64,000 nucleotides of DNA from Thermoproteota archaeon (lineage in GTDB: Archaea > Korarchaeota > Korarchaeia > Korarchaeales > Korarchaeaceae), in NCBI GenBank assembly GCA_027491735.1, contig JAOZGP010000023.1, positions 42,656 through 106,655 on the forward strand, in the 5' to 3' direction. Of this stretch, positions 10,630 to 20,079 are shown piece after piece (position 1 is the first letter of the stretch; every line of letters starts with the position of its first letter). The notes under the pieces are model-generated. The model did not search any database and had not been told where the DNA came from. It was given only the letters and a program-made list of their open reading frames with translations. The position numbers and the translations under genes are program-made.

Positions 10630-10881
10630 GTGTGGAGGGAGGAGTGTGTAAACAGGGAAGCAGATGTAGGGCTGGGCATCAGGTGGGCAGCAGCACAGTA
10701 CGGCCTGAACTTCATTCACGTGAGGTGGGAAAGCTTCGACTTCGTAATACCAAAGTATAGATATGGTGAAGAACCCGTAAGGAGGTTCCTGGAAACTCTT
10801 AGATCGAGTGAGTTCAAGGATCAGCTGAGCAGACTGCCGGGATACAGGATCCCCGAGAACCTCGGAAGACGCATACTTTAG
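10630..10881 (+). pseudogene. C-terminal remnant of a PBP-like (MoeA/ModE-associated) substrate-binding domain protein
   Basis: ADVGLGIRWAAAQYGLNFI..WESFDFVI..FLETLRS..LPGY matches the end of PBP_like domains. The N-terminus is missing. Confidence 0.65.
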
Positions 10882-11179
10882 GATTCCTCGCTGCCTGTGC
10901 TGTGGAGTGGCGTTCTCATCGGAAGGCAGGGTATTCGAGGAAGGGCCTCTCAGAGGAAGTGAGAACAAGCGCACGCTGAGCAAGGCTTCATTCGATGTGC
11001 TCCCCAATCTTCAGCACGCGAGCTGAAGGTGGATAGCGTCTCTCTAGGTCCGTGACCAGCTAAGAACCTTTTTCTTGGACTGGGCAGAGCATGTTGTCGT
11101 GCGAGAGACATCAAACGCATATCTCATTGCTTCGATGACTTCCGCTGCTGGAGGGAAATGTTTTGTGGGGACAGCGACC

Positions 11180-11848
11180 TCAGCTGGCCTCAGCACTGAC
11201 CTCTAATCCGGGGATCCTGACCCTACTGTAGACGTGATCGAGCGCCTTCAGGGATGCTGATATCCAGATCAGGTAGATGAGACCCGTGAGGAGGTAGACC
11301 TGAAGAGGCTTGAACGTCTGAGCTGCTATGCTCTTCGACACGGTGGTGAGCTCCCTCAGTCCTATCACTATGAGGGCCGAGGTGCTCAGCCCAAGGGAGA
11401 CGTACTCGTTTGTCCACGAGGGTATCACTACCCTGAAGGCCTGAGGCAATACCACATGCCTCAAGGTCTGCCAGAAGGTCATCCCGAGGGATTTGGCGGC
11501 GAGAAGCTGGTCCTTGAACACCGCCTCGATGGCTCCCTTGAAGTAACCCTTCTGATAGGCCCCGCTGTTCAGCATGAGAGTCACCGTCCCGGCCGTGAAG
11601 GCATCCCATCTCACACCAGTCACCGTCGGCACAGAGAAGTAGAACAGGAGAAGCTGAACTATAAGGGGGCTTCCTCGGAAGAACTCCACGTAAGCTCCTA
11701 TCAAAGCCCTGAGAGCTCTACCACCGTAGACATCGCCCAGAGCGGAGAGCACGCCGAGGACGAGGCCCCCGCCTAGCCCGAGGAAGGTCATGACAAGAGT
11801 CATCTCAAAGCCCTGAACTATCAGGTAGGAGTAGTCGAGCAGGAACAA
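11180..11848 (-). CDS. Polar amino-acid ABC transporter permease
   Basis: FRGSPLIVQL and EAA-like QLLAAKSLGMT..VVLPQA. Confidence 0.92.
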   Translation of the reverse strand: MFLLDYSYLIVQGFEMTLVMTFLGLGGGLVLGVLSALGDVYGGRALRALIGAYVEFFRGSPLIVQLLLFYFSVPTVTGVRWDAFTAGTVTLMLNSGAYQKGYFKGAIEAVFKDQLLAAKSLGMTFWQTLRHVVLPQAFRVVIPSWTNEYVSLGLSTSALIVIGLRELTTVSKSIAAQTFKPLQVYLLTGLIYLIWISASLKALDHVYSRVRIPGLEVSAEAS

Positions 11849-12586
11849 CTAGATCCCTCCCAGAAGCCTTGTCAGGAACCTCCTCGCTCTGGGAGTCTTT
11901 GGACTTCTGAGAAGCTGGTCTGGAGGGCCACTTTCCAGGATTTTGCCACCGTCCATAAAAGATATCTCGTCAGCCACCTCCTTGGCGAAGGCTATCTCGT
12001 GGGTGACGACCAGCATTGTGATCCCTCTCTTGGCGAGATCCCTCATGACGTCTATGACCTCCCACGTGAGCTCTATGTCCAGGGAGGCGGTCGGCTCGTC
12101 AAAGAGTATCACGTCCGGATCCATGGCCAGAGCCCTGGCTATTCCCACCCTCTGCTGCTGACCTCCTGAGAGCTGAGCTGGATAGTAGTTGGCCCACTCC
12201 TCCATCCTCACAGCCTTCAGGGCCTCCATAGCCCTCTCGGTCGCCTCGTCATTGTTCACCTTCAGGACACATTTGAGACCGATCTTGACATTGTCCAAAG
12301 CCGTTAAGTGTCTAAAAAGACTTGGTTCCTGGAAGACAAAACCTATCTTAGCTCTGATGATGTTGAGATCAAGTCCTGAGGTGTAGACGTCCCTACCCTC
12401 GAAGAAAATCTTCCCCCCGGTCGGAGGCTCCAGGAGGCCCATAAGCCTTAGGAAGGTGGACTTGCCCGAGCCGCTCGGTCCTATTATGACCTTGGTTTCC
12501 CCCTTTTCTATCTCAAAGTCTATCCCTCTGAGAACCTGAAGGTCGCCATAGCTCTTCCTGAGGTCCCTGCACTTGAGCACGCTCAA
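11849..12586 (-). CDS. Polar amino-acid ABC transporter ATP-binding protein (GlnQ-like)
   Basis: GPSGSGKST, LSGGQQQR, DEPTASLD, VTHE. Confidence 0.95.
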   Translation of the reverse strand: MSVLKCRDLRKSYGDLQVLRGIDFEIEKGETKVIIGPSGSGKSTFLRLMGLLEPPTGGKIFFEGRDVYTSGLDLNIIRAKIGFVFQEPSLFRHLTALDNVKIGLKCVLKVNNDEATERAMEALKAVRMEEWANYYPAQLSGGQQQRVGIARALAMDPDVILFDEPTASLDIELTWEVIDVMRDLAKRGITMLVVTHEIAFAKEVADEISFMDGGKILESGPPDQLLRSPKTPRARRFLTRLLGGI

Positions 12587-12590
12587 GATC

Positions 12591-13247
12591 TCACCTCAGC
12601 CCATACTTGGTCTTCAGCTTGGAGCCCCACCTGTCGAGGTAGTTCGCTACGGGGAACGTCATAGCCACGTAGATCAGGGCTGCAAGCAGATATGGGTAGA
12701 TGAAGGACCTAGTGGCTGCCCTCAATATGTCCGAGTACTTGGCGAGGTCTAGCACCCCCAGCACGAAGGAGTAGGAGGAGTCCTTTATCAGGAGGGCTAT
12801 CTCGCTCCCCAGACCTGGGAGGGCCACAATGAACGCCTGCGGAACTATTATGTGTCTGAACGCCTGGGCCCTCGTCATGCCGAGGGAGATGGCTGCCATC
12901 ATCTGATCCCTCCCAACGCTGTTCATGGCACTCCTAAATATCTGAGATTGAAAAGCTCCGCTCCTCAGTCCGAGAGCCACGACAGCGCTGATGAATGGGT
13001 CTCTGAAGAGGGGAACTAAGCCTGCAAGTCCGAAGTGCAGGAAGAGCATTATCACAAGTACGGGAACTCCCCTCATGACCTTATCATATCCCTCGAGAAC
13101 GGTCGACAGCTCGAAGGACCGCGAGAGCTGTCTGATCATGGCGATCGGCATCCCCACAATGAAACCCATGGCGAAGGAGATGAGCGATATGGAGAGAGTT
13201 GTGGGAACTCCTTGAAGCAAAAAAATGAGATCTTGAGCGGAGATCAA
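12591..13247 (-). CDS. Polar amino-acid ABC transporter permease
   Basis: RGVPVLV, QMMAAISLGM..IIVPQA, LIKDSS. Confidence 0.92.
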   Translation of the reverse strand: MISAQDLIFLLQGVPTTLSISLISFAMGFIVGMPIAMIRQLSRSFELSTVLEGYDKVMRGVPVLVIMLFLHFGLAGLVPLFRDPFISAVVALGLRSGAFQSQIFRSAMNSVGRDQMMAAISLGMTRAQAFRHIIVPQAFIVALPGLGSEIALLIKDSSYSFVLGVLDLAKYSDILRAATRSFIYPYLLAALIYVAMTFPVANYLDRWGSKLKTKYGLR

Positions 13248-13309
13248 AGTCTTTCCCTCTCATGACAGCGTTTCCTTCTCTCCCGAGATGGTGACAAGCG
13301 GACGGGTGA

Positions 13310-14155
13310 TCACCCACTTGTGACGTTCCACTTGGCCCTTATCTGGTCCACCTTGCCCTCAGCGAAGAGCTCAGCTAGAGCAGCGTCTATCTTCTGCACG
13401 AGGATCGGGGAGTCCTTGTTCGCTATGAAAGCCACAGGCCAGTAGGACCTGGCGTATATCACGGTCAGAGGGATCTTCTCCGTGGAGATCCACCAGGTGG
13501 TTATGGGGGTCTCGGCGTACACGGCATCTATCACACCCTTCTCCAGATCCTTGAGGGCCATTCCAAAGTCCTTGTACGACTTCACCTGGCTCGACTCGAG
13601 CGCTCCCTTCTTGACCAAGTTCAACAGTTCAGCTTCCTCGGTGGTCCCGCTTCCCGTCCCAACCACCATACCGTACTTGGCCACGTCCGATAGAGAGCTC
13701 AGCTTTGTTATCCCGAGCTGTTCCGCCTTAGCCTTCGTGGTGATCAGCTGAACCTGGGTCACGGTGTGCGGCATGGTGTAGAGTATGACTTTCATCCTCT
13801 CGGGGGTCACGGAGAACCCGCTCACGCCGAGGTCGACCTCCCCGTTCTTGACTGCTGATATTATGGCGTCGAAGTCCATTTGCTTCCACTTGACTTCGAT
13901 CCCCAGCTTCTGAGCAACAGCATTCATGAGGTCGACCTCGTATCCGACTACCTCGTTGGTCTTAGGGTCTATGAACTCGAAAGGCGGCCAGTCGGGTGAC
14001 GTGGCCACCACGATGTACCCCCTCTTCTGGACTGATTCCCAAGTCTGGCCTACAGCCTGAGTCTTTGGATTTGCGGCCGGATATATCAGGTATCCAACAG
14101 CGAAAGCGATGATAGCCACAATTACAAGACCTACAACAGACGATTTGGAGGTCAA
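13310..14155 (-). CDS. Amino-acid ABC transporter substrate-binding protein (family 3)
   Basis: N-terminal TM anchor, SPDWPPFEF, GYEVDL, VTPER. Confidence 0.92.
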   Translation of the reverse strand: MTSKSSVVGLVIVAIIAFAVGYLIYPAANPKTQAVGQTWESVQKRGYIVVATSPDWPPFEFIDPKTNEVVGYEVDLMNAVAQKLGIEVKWKQMDFDAIISAVKNGEVDLGVSGFSVTPERMKVILYTMPHTVTQVQLITTKAKAEQLGITKLSSLSDVAKYGMVVGTGSGTTEEAELLNLVKKGALESSQVKSYKDFGMALKDLEKGVIDAVYAETPITTWWISTEKIPLTVIYARSYWPVAFIANKDSPILVQKIDAALAELFAEGKVDQIRAKWNVTSG

Positions 14156-14244
14156 ACGATCACCTGCCGAGAGGGCTCGGGGGGAGTATTTATAATTTAT
14201 GTAATATATGGATCGGATCGAGTCGCTGAAGTTACAAATGCAAC

Positions 14245-14922
14245 TTAATGTCCACTGGGCCTGAGACTTCTCCTGGTAGTCAGTATGAGGTCCTCCAGCA
14301 ACTTGTAGGCTGTAGAGGCATCACTCCTGTCGAATATGAGCACCGTGTCCTTGTAGCAAGAGATGACCTGCGTGACGTTTATTCCATTAGACGAGAGGGT
14401 GTAGAGCACCAGCTCGAGAACTCCAGGGGTGACTACTATGTCCTCCGGGCTCACCATGACTAAGGCCGTCTGATCGCTCAGCGTACTCACGATGAGCCTC
14501 TTGGGAAAGATAGACAGGATCCTGGGAAGCAGTTCGCTCGCCACCACTATGGAGAAGGTGTCCAATCCTTGGGTCATCTGAAAGAACCTGGCTCTCTCCA
14601 TCAGACCGATGAGGTCGTCGATCCTCTGCTCCACAGCTGATCTCCTAACTGTGATCACTCCCAGATCTGTTTGAAGCTCTAGGACGCTCTCGGCTATGAC
14701 TCTCCTGATCCTCTCCTCGATCTTACCTTTTCTCCTGATATCCGAGCTGAACCTTATCAGAGCCATCTTTATGGCTCCTACTGAGGCTCTAATCCCCATG
14801 TTGTTCAGATCCTCCTGTATGAGCCTGGACAGGGCACTGTAGTTTATAACCCCATGCGCCAAGCAGTCCCTGATGGCGGGCCTGGTGAGCACGACTTCTC
14901 GGACGTGTTTCGAGACGCTCAT
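14245..14922 (-). CDS. ACT-domain amino-acid-responsive regulator-like protein
   Basis: GVINYSALSR N-terminus and C-terminal ACT TPGV..GINVTQVISC. Lies between asd/lysC and the amino-acid ABC. Confidence 0.7.
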   Translation of the reverse strand: MSVSKHVREVVLTRPAIRDCLAHGVINYSALSRLIQEDLNNMGIRASVGAIKMALIRFSSDIRRKGKIEERIRRVIAESVLELQTDLGVITVRRSAVEQRIDDLIGLMERARFFQMTQGLDTFSIVVASELLPRILSIFPKRLIVSTLSDQTALVMVSPEDIVVTPGVLELVLYTLSSNGINVTQVISCYKDTVLIFDRSDASTAYKLLEDLILTTRRSLRPSGH

Positions 14923-15457
14923 TGCAATCCAAACAGAACAATGTAGTGTTGAATATAAACATCGGTCATTAGGCGGCTACAGCGATCAATCAACCACAGC
15001 CAGCAGAGGGGGAAGAACTCGAGGATCTCGGCGGTCTGATATGGAACATCTCATTCTGAACTCCTCAAACGGTGCTTCCTGTTCCTGACCTTCCGACAGC
15101 AGGCCAGTGAGCCGGAGCTATATTCATCTATCCCCTATAACTATATACAATGTGTACGAAAATTCATCTAGGTATTCTATATAAGATAACTATAAATAAA
15201 TCGCATCTCTAGAACTTCTCGGGGATCACCATGAAGAAGGCTGTGGTTCTCGAGCTCATGTGGACCGGTGTTCTCTCGCTTTGTCCCCGTTGTCAACCCC
15301 GTCCTCTCCCTAGTGTGAGGCATGAGACGATCCCGTCACCGTGAGCAAGCACCTCTGAGGACCCCGAATCCGGGCAGTGCCGATCGCTCAACCCGAGGTT
15401 TCTCGTGGATCCCAGACCTTGTCTCGGATCTTCAACGGCGGAGCGATGACGTTCCAT

Positions 15458-16519
15458 TCAAAAAGGTCTGGAGTCACTGTTCCCGATGTACGACAGGAGC
15501 TCCGCTATCAGGACAGCATTTCCTGCAGCCCCTCTCACGAGGTTGTGCCCCAGAGCCACATATCTGTACCAGCGGCCGTGCCACCCGAGTCTCGATATCC
15601 TTCCGACGGACACGGACATCCCCCCTCCCTCCGTCCTATCGAGCAGTGGCTGGGGTCTGTCCACCTTCCTTCTGACCACGATCGGATTAGCAGGAGCCGT
15701 CGGCAGGGAGAGGTCTTGGGGAGGGCCTTTAAATCTCGAGAAGCACTCTGCGAGCTCTTCCTCGCTGAGCTCCTCGCTGAGCTCCACCAGAACTGACTCC
15801 AGATGACCGTGCCTCGTTGGAACTCTCGTAGTCGTAGCGGCTATCGAGATGTCCGCCTCCCTAACTCCCGAATTTGTCAAGGTTCCTAGGATCTTACGAG
15901 GCTCCTTGGAGAGCTTGTCCTCCTCTCTGGGTATATGGGGAATCACGTTGTCCGTTATGGCGAGGCTCGGAACCCCAGCGAAGCCAGCCCCGCTGACAGC
16001 CTGAAGCGTGGTCACGAAGGCCCTCCTGAGCCCGTGCTCCATGAGAGGCTTGAGGGTCATCGTCAAGATTGCTGTGGAGCAGTTCGGGTTCTTCACGATT
16101 CTTCCCCTCCACCTCCTCTGAATCTTAATGAGAGCTAGATGCTCGGGGTTGACCTCGGGTACTATCAGGGGTATGTCCGGATCGAGTCTAAGGTTGCTTG
16201 AATTGGAGATCACGGTAAATCCCTCCTCGGCGAACTTGGGCTCGATATGAGAGGCTATATCACTTGGAAGGGCTGAGAATATGATATCCACTCCTGAGAA
16301 CTCATTTGGGTCTAGATTCAGAAGCCTGAGCTCAGCCACATCTTCTGGGAGGCATCTCTCGACGATCCAACTGACCACCTCACCGTAGCTTCTTCCCGAT
16401 TTCTGGTGAGATGCCGAGAGAGCTACTAAGTCGAACCAAGGATGCCGTGAGAGAAGAGAGACGAAAACTTGACCTACAAGACCTGTCGCACCCAGGAGTC
16501 CTACTTTAAGCCGGTCCAT
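15458..16519 (-). CDS. asd: Aspartate-semialdehyde dehydrogenase
   Basis: GATGLVG, NPNCST, QAVSGAG, HNLVRGAAG. Confidence 0.95.
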   Translation of the reverse strand: MDRLKVGLLGATGLVGQVFVSLLSRHPWFDLVALSASHQKSGRSYGEVVSWIVERCLPEDVAELRLLNLDPNEFSGVDIIFSALPSDIASHIEPKFAEEGFTVISNSSNLRLDPDIPLIVPEVNPEHLALIKIQRRWRGRIVKNPNCSTAILTMTLKPLMEHGLRRAFVTTLQAVSGAGFAGVPSLAITDNVIPHIPREEDKLSKEPRKILGTLTNSGVREADISIAATTTRVPTRHGHLESVLVELSEELSEEELAECFSRFKGPPQDLSLPTAPANPIVVRRKVDRPQPLLDRTEGGGMSVSVGRISRLGWHGRWYRYVALGHNLVRGAAGNAVLIAELLSYIGNSDSRPF

Positions 16520-17867
16520 CGACCACCACCTCATCATGTATTCTCCTCACAAGCTCGACAGCCCTATCTGAGTCAACAAGAAGCGTAAGGCTCACTCTTT
16601 CACCTCCTCTCGAGATGAGGTAGACGTTCATGTGTTTCAAAAGCCTTAGAACTTTTTGGAAGTTGTGAGGGCTCCTGAGCCCGCATCCCACAACAACTAC
16701 GGCGGAGAGATCCTCCTTGACCTTCACGGAGCTGACCACCTTCTTGGACTTCAGTCTTCTCTCGACGAGGTTCGAGAACCTTTTGGAGCAATCCTTTCTG
16801 ACAACCACATCTATGACCGTTTCGGAGACTGGTTGTGATATGGCACATATGTTGACTCCGGAGTCCCTGGCAAGGGACGCTATCTCAGCGGCAGTCCCTA
16901 TCCTCCCGACCATCGTAGTCCCCCTGACCTCCACGAGTGCCAGGTCGCTAACCGCCAAGACGGCCTTCACCTTGTCCTGACAATCGCAGGTCCCCTTAAC
17001 TAGAGTTGAGCTGCCCTTCGGATTATGAAAACTGATTATCCTGGCTGGGACACCGCTCCTGATCAGAGGCTCAAACGTGCTCGGATGAAACCTTTTAGCT
17101 CCCAGATAGGAGAGCTCCATAGCCTCCTCCAGAGAAAGTCTATTTATCGTCCTGGCATTCGGTACGATCTCGGGATTTGCAGTGAGAACACCCTCTACGT
17201 CCGTGTAGAACCTGACTTCTGAGGCGTTGAGGGCTGATGCTATGAGTGTGGCCGAGAGATCGCTTCCTCCACGCCCTAACGTGGTTATGTCCCCTTCGGG
17301 AGTCATTCCCAGGAACCCTGTGATCACAGGCACCACCCCTTCCAACAGCAGAGGTCTTATCTTCCTCCTGATCCTTGGGTACGTCCTCCTCGTGATGGGT
17401 CTGGCCTCTCCGAAGTCCCTGGTGGTGATCACTCCAGCGTCCCCGCCAGTCATCCAGGTGGATCTCACTCCCCTGGACGTTAAAACATGGCTCATCAGAA
17501 GGGCCGATAGTCTCTCCCCAAATGAGAGAACGTAGTCCCTCACCCGTGGAGTAGCTTCCTTCAGCATCCTCACAGCCCAGACCGTTCTCGAGAGCTCGTT
17601 TAATAGATCAGATATTTCCCTCATAGCTTCCTTTGGAAGGTTTAGATCTGAGGCGACCTCCCTGTGAAGGTCGAACACTTGCCGGAGATGGCCTTCTGTC
17701 CCCTCCATAACCGATCTGAGCTTGTCAGTGATCCCCTTCATCGCTGAAATCACGACGATGGGAGCACATTCTTGCTCCATCAGGTCCAGAACTATGTCAG
17801 CGGCCCCTAGAAAGCTGTACCCTCCCTCGAGGATTGACCCTCCGAACTTGACGACCAGAGCTCTCAA
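16506..17867 (-). CDS. lysC: Aspartate kinase
   Basis: VVKFGGS, SFGERLS, TTLGRGGSD, TDVEG and C-terminal ACT domains. Confidence 0.93.
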   Translation of the reverse strand: MRALVVKFGGSILEGGYSFLGAADIVLDLMEQECAPIVVISAMKGITDKLRSVMEGTEGHLRQVFDLHREVASDLNLPKEAMREISDLLNELSRTVWAVRMLKEATPRVRDYVLSFGERLSALLMSHVLTSRGVRSTWMTGGDAGVITTRDFGEARPITRRTYPRIRRKIRPLLLEGVVPVITGFLGMTPEGDITTLGRGGSDLSATLIASALNASEVRFYTDVEGVLTANPEIVPNARTINRLSLEEAMELSYLGAKRFHPSTFEPLIRSGVPARIISFHNPKGSSTLVKGTCDCQDKVKAVLAVSDLALVEVRGTTMVGRIGTAAEIASLARDSGVNICAISQPVSETVIDVVVRKDCSKRFSNLVERRLKSKKVVSSVKVKEDLSAVVVVGCGLRSPHNFQKVLRLLKHMNVYLISRGGERVSLTLLVDSDRAVELVRRIHDEVVVDGPA

Positions 17868-17977
17868 CGGAGACCACCGCCCAAGGGTCACAGGATGAGA
17901 TGAGAGGATGCCCCTGGGCGGTGATCCTCATCCGTTTAAAAACAATGCCCGATCCTGCTCGGCAATATAACGATACA

Positions 17978-18319
17978 TCAGTAGTTGTGGGTGCCCAGGA
18001 CCACTTTTACCCCTATCTTCTCCTCTATCAGCCTGGCCCACTCCTCTGGCCTCATGTAGGGGCATCCGGGCTTGGGATCTACCATGCAGTTGCTCAGGTA
18101 GATCTCCTCTGGTTTGACTCCAGAGAGCTTCATGGTCATCTTTATGGTGGATATCAAGGTGCTTCCGGGACATTCACACCTCACGAACCCGATAACCTGT
18201 ACCGGCTCGTCGAAATTGCCCTCTCCGAGAGCCGCGGCCTTGAGGCACCTCCACTCCCCAGGACATCCGTACGTCTCATCCATATAGCGCCCACATCCCA
18301 CTATAAACACCTTCTTCAT
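17978..18319 (-). CDS. CGGC-domain protein
   Basis: Cys pattern GC..CPGEWRCL..CECPG..C..CP and C-terminal GTH. Confidence 0.75.
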   Translation of the reverse strand: MKKVFIVGCGRYMDETYGCPGEWRCLKAAALGEGNFDEPVQVIGFVRCECPGSTLISTIKMTMKLSGVKPEEIYLSNCMVDPKPGCPYMRPEEWARLIEEKIGVKVVLGTHNY

Positions 18320-18454
18320 GACACCACCCTGGAGTGGTCCCACCGAACCTTAAACGCATTTCGCTCATCACTAAAAAATCCATCAAGAGCTCAGCAAGTT
18401 CTCTCTCCAACCCTCCTTTGATTTTTCATGAGAAGATCCTAGCTCACAGGAGAT

Positions 18455-18958
18455 CTAGCTTGAGGTTGAGGCTTTAGTCTCTGGGGTGACGGGAAATCGC
18501 ATCCTGAAATCGATCCTGATGGAAAGCAGGGACTCCAGAAGTTCCTTCTCCGACTTAAAATCCCCCTCCTCCTCACACAAAACGAGGATCGGTTTGGAGA
18601 ACCTGAGCTTCAGAGATCTCACCTCCTTAGCACTGCTGGCCTTCCCCACCTTTATCACATCCTCCCTTCGAGAGATCCAGTCATCTAGACCCACTAGCAC
18701 GATGTAATCAGGTGGGATCTGAGAACTTCTGCTCACGAGGTTCACGAGCTCCTCAACATTGAATACCTCACACCTCTGAGTTATCTGAGCGTGTCTCCTT
18801 CCTAGAAGGCAGAGGATCCCCGCTCCCTCGAGGTTATGGGACGGCTCTCTTGACACTCTATTCACGACAGCACTCCTGTATCCTCTGCTGGAGAGCTTTC
18901 TCATGATCGGCTGAAGAAGCTCCTTTCCTCTGCTCCCCACCAAGCAGACGACCTTCAT
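18455..18958 (-). CDS. MobB-like protein (divergent, degenerate P-loop)
   Basis: [17 protein letters not shown] and DYIVLVG resemble MobB. Walker A is degenerate. Confidence 0.45.
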   Translation of the reverse strand: MKVVCLVGSRGKELLQPIMRKLSSRGYRSAVVNRVSREPSHNLEGAGILCLLGRRHAQITQRCEVFNVEELVNLVSRSSQIPPDYIVLVGLDDWISRREDVIKVGKASSAKEVRSLKLRFSKPILVLCEEEGDFKSEKELLESLLSIRIDFRMRFPVTPETKASTSS

Positions 18959-19010
18959 AAGATCTTCAACTCCTGGAAAGAATAAAAAAGGTGGAGTGTC
19001 AAGTTACCCC

Positions 19011-19547
19011 ATGATCGTCGTGGTTGGATCGACAAACCCCGTGAAAGTGGAGGCCACGGAGAATGCCTTCTCCAGAGCGTTCAATGAGGATGTTGAGGTT
19101 AGAAGTGTGAAGGTCGATAGTGGAGTGAGAAGCCAGCCTGTAGACGAGGAGGTCATGATTGGAGCGATGAACAGGGCTAAAATGGCGATGAAGCTTGTTG
19201 AAGCAGACTTCTCAGTGGGCATAGAGGGAGGTCTCTTCAGGTTGTTTGGAAGGTATTTCTGCGCCGGCTTCGTGGTGGTGATGGATAGGTCTGGCAGGGT
19301 GGGAACCGGGACCAGTGGATGGTTTGAGTGCCCAGAGCCTTTCATCCCCAAGATGCTCGCTGGAGAGGAGCTGGGAGAGATAATGGCTGAGATCTCAGGA
19401 GATCATGAGATAAAGAGGAAGATCGGGGCGATAGGATTCTTCACAAGAGGAGCTGTCTCCAGAAGCAGGCTCTATGAGCACGGAGTGCTCATGGCCTTAG
19501 CCAAGTTCATAGCGGGAGATAGATGGCCGCAGGTGATAAGGGATTAG
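19011..19547 (+). CDS. yjjX: Inosine/xanthosine triphosphatase
   Basis: [31 protein letters not shown]. Confidence 0.92.
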   Translation: MIVVVGSTNPVKVEATENAFSRAFNEDVEVRSVKVDSGVRSQPVDEEVMIGAMNRAKMAMKLVEADFSVGIEGGLFRLFGRYFCAGFVVVMDRSGRVGTGTSGWFECPEPFIPKMLAGEELGEIMAEISGDHEIKRKIGAIGFFTRGAVSRSRLYEHGVLMALAKFIAGDRWPQVIRD

Positions 19548-20079
19548 ATCCTCGTGCAGCTCCCGATCTCCGATAGATCATAGAGGCTATCGACGAACGA
19601 GTGACGGATCTGAGAGTTATCTACCTCTGCTGGTTCTTGTAAAGCTCTGTTCTCTCCGAACATCGCAGACCCGACGTGAAATGAGACTCCTGGGACCAGA
19701 GCTTCATCATCCTCGATAGCGATCCAACCCGGGAGGCCCATGTCAGTGCATCAGTCAAGTGTGCCGTTCAACACTCCAGTTCTGAGGTTGGACTTCTTCT
19801 CAAGAAGCTTCAACTGCTGAGAAATGCCTTCTCACTCATCAGATTCCATCCAGCTCGATGGCTCAGGGGTATAATTGATATTAAGTATAAGTCCTTAGCT
19901 GGATCTCTTATTAACCTCGCTAAGCAGGTGACCGTGTTTCTCCAGCTTTTCCGAGATCTCCTTGTTTAGTAAGCTGGCTACCACAGCCCTGAACTTCTCA
20001 TTCTTTCGAGCTCCTTCACCAGAAACCTTGACAGGAGCATGATTGCGGTTTCCCTCAAGAGCTTCTTTTCTAGGGACAA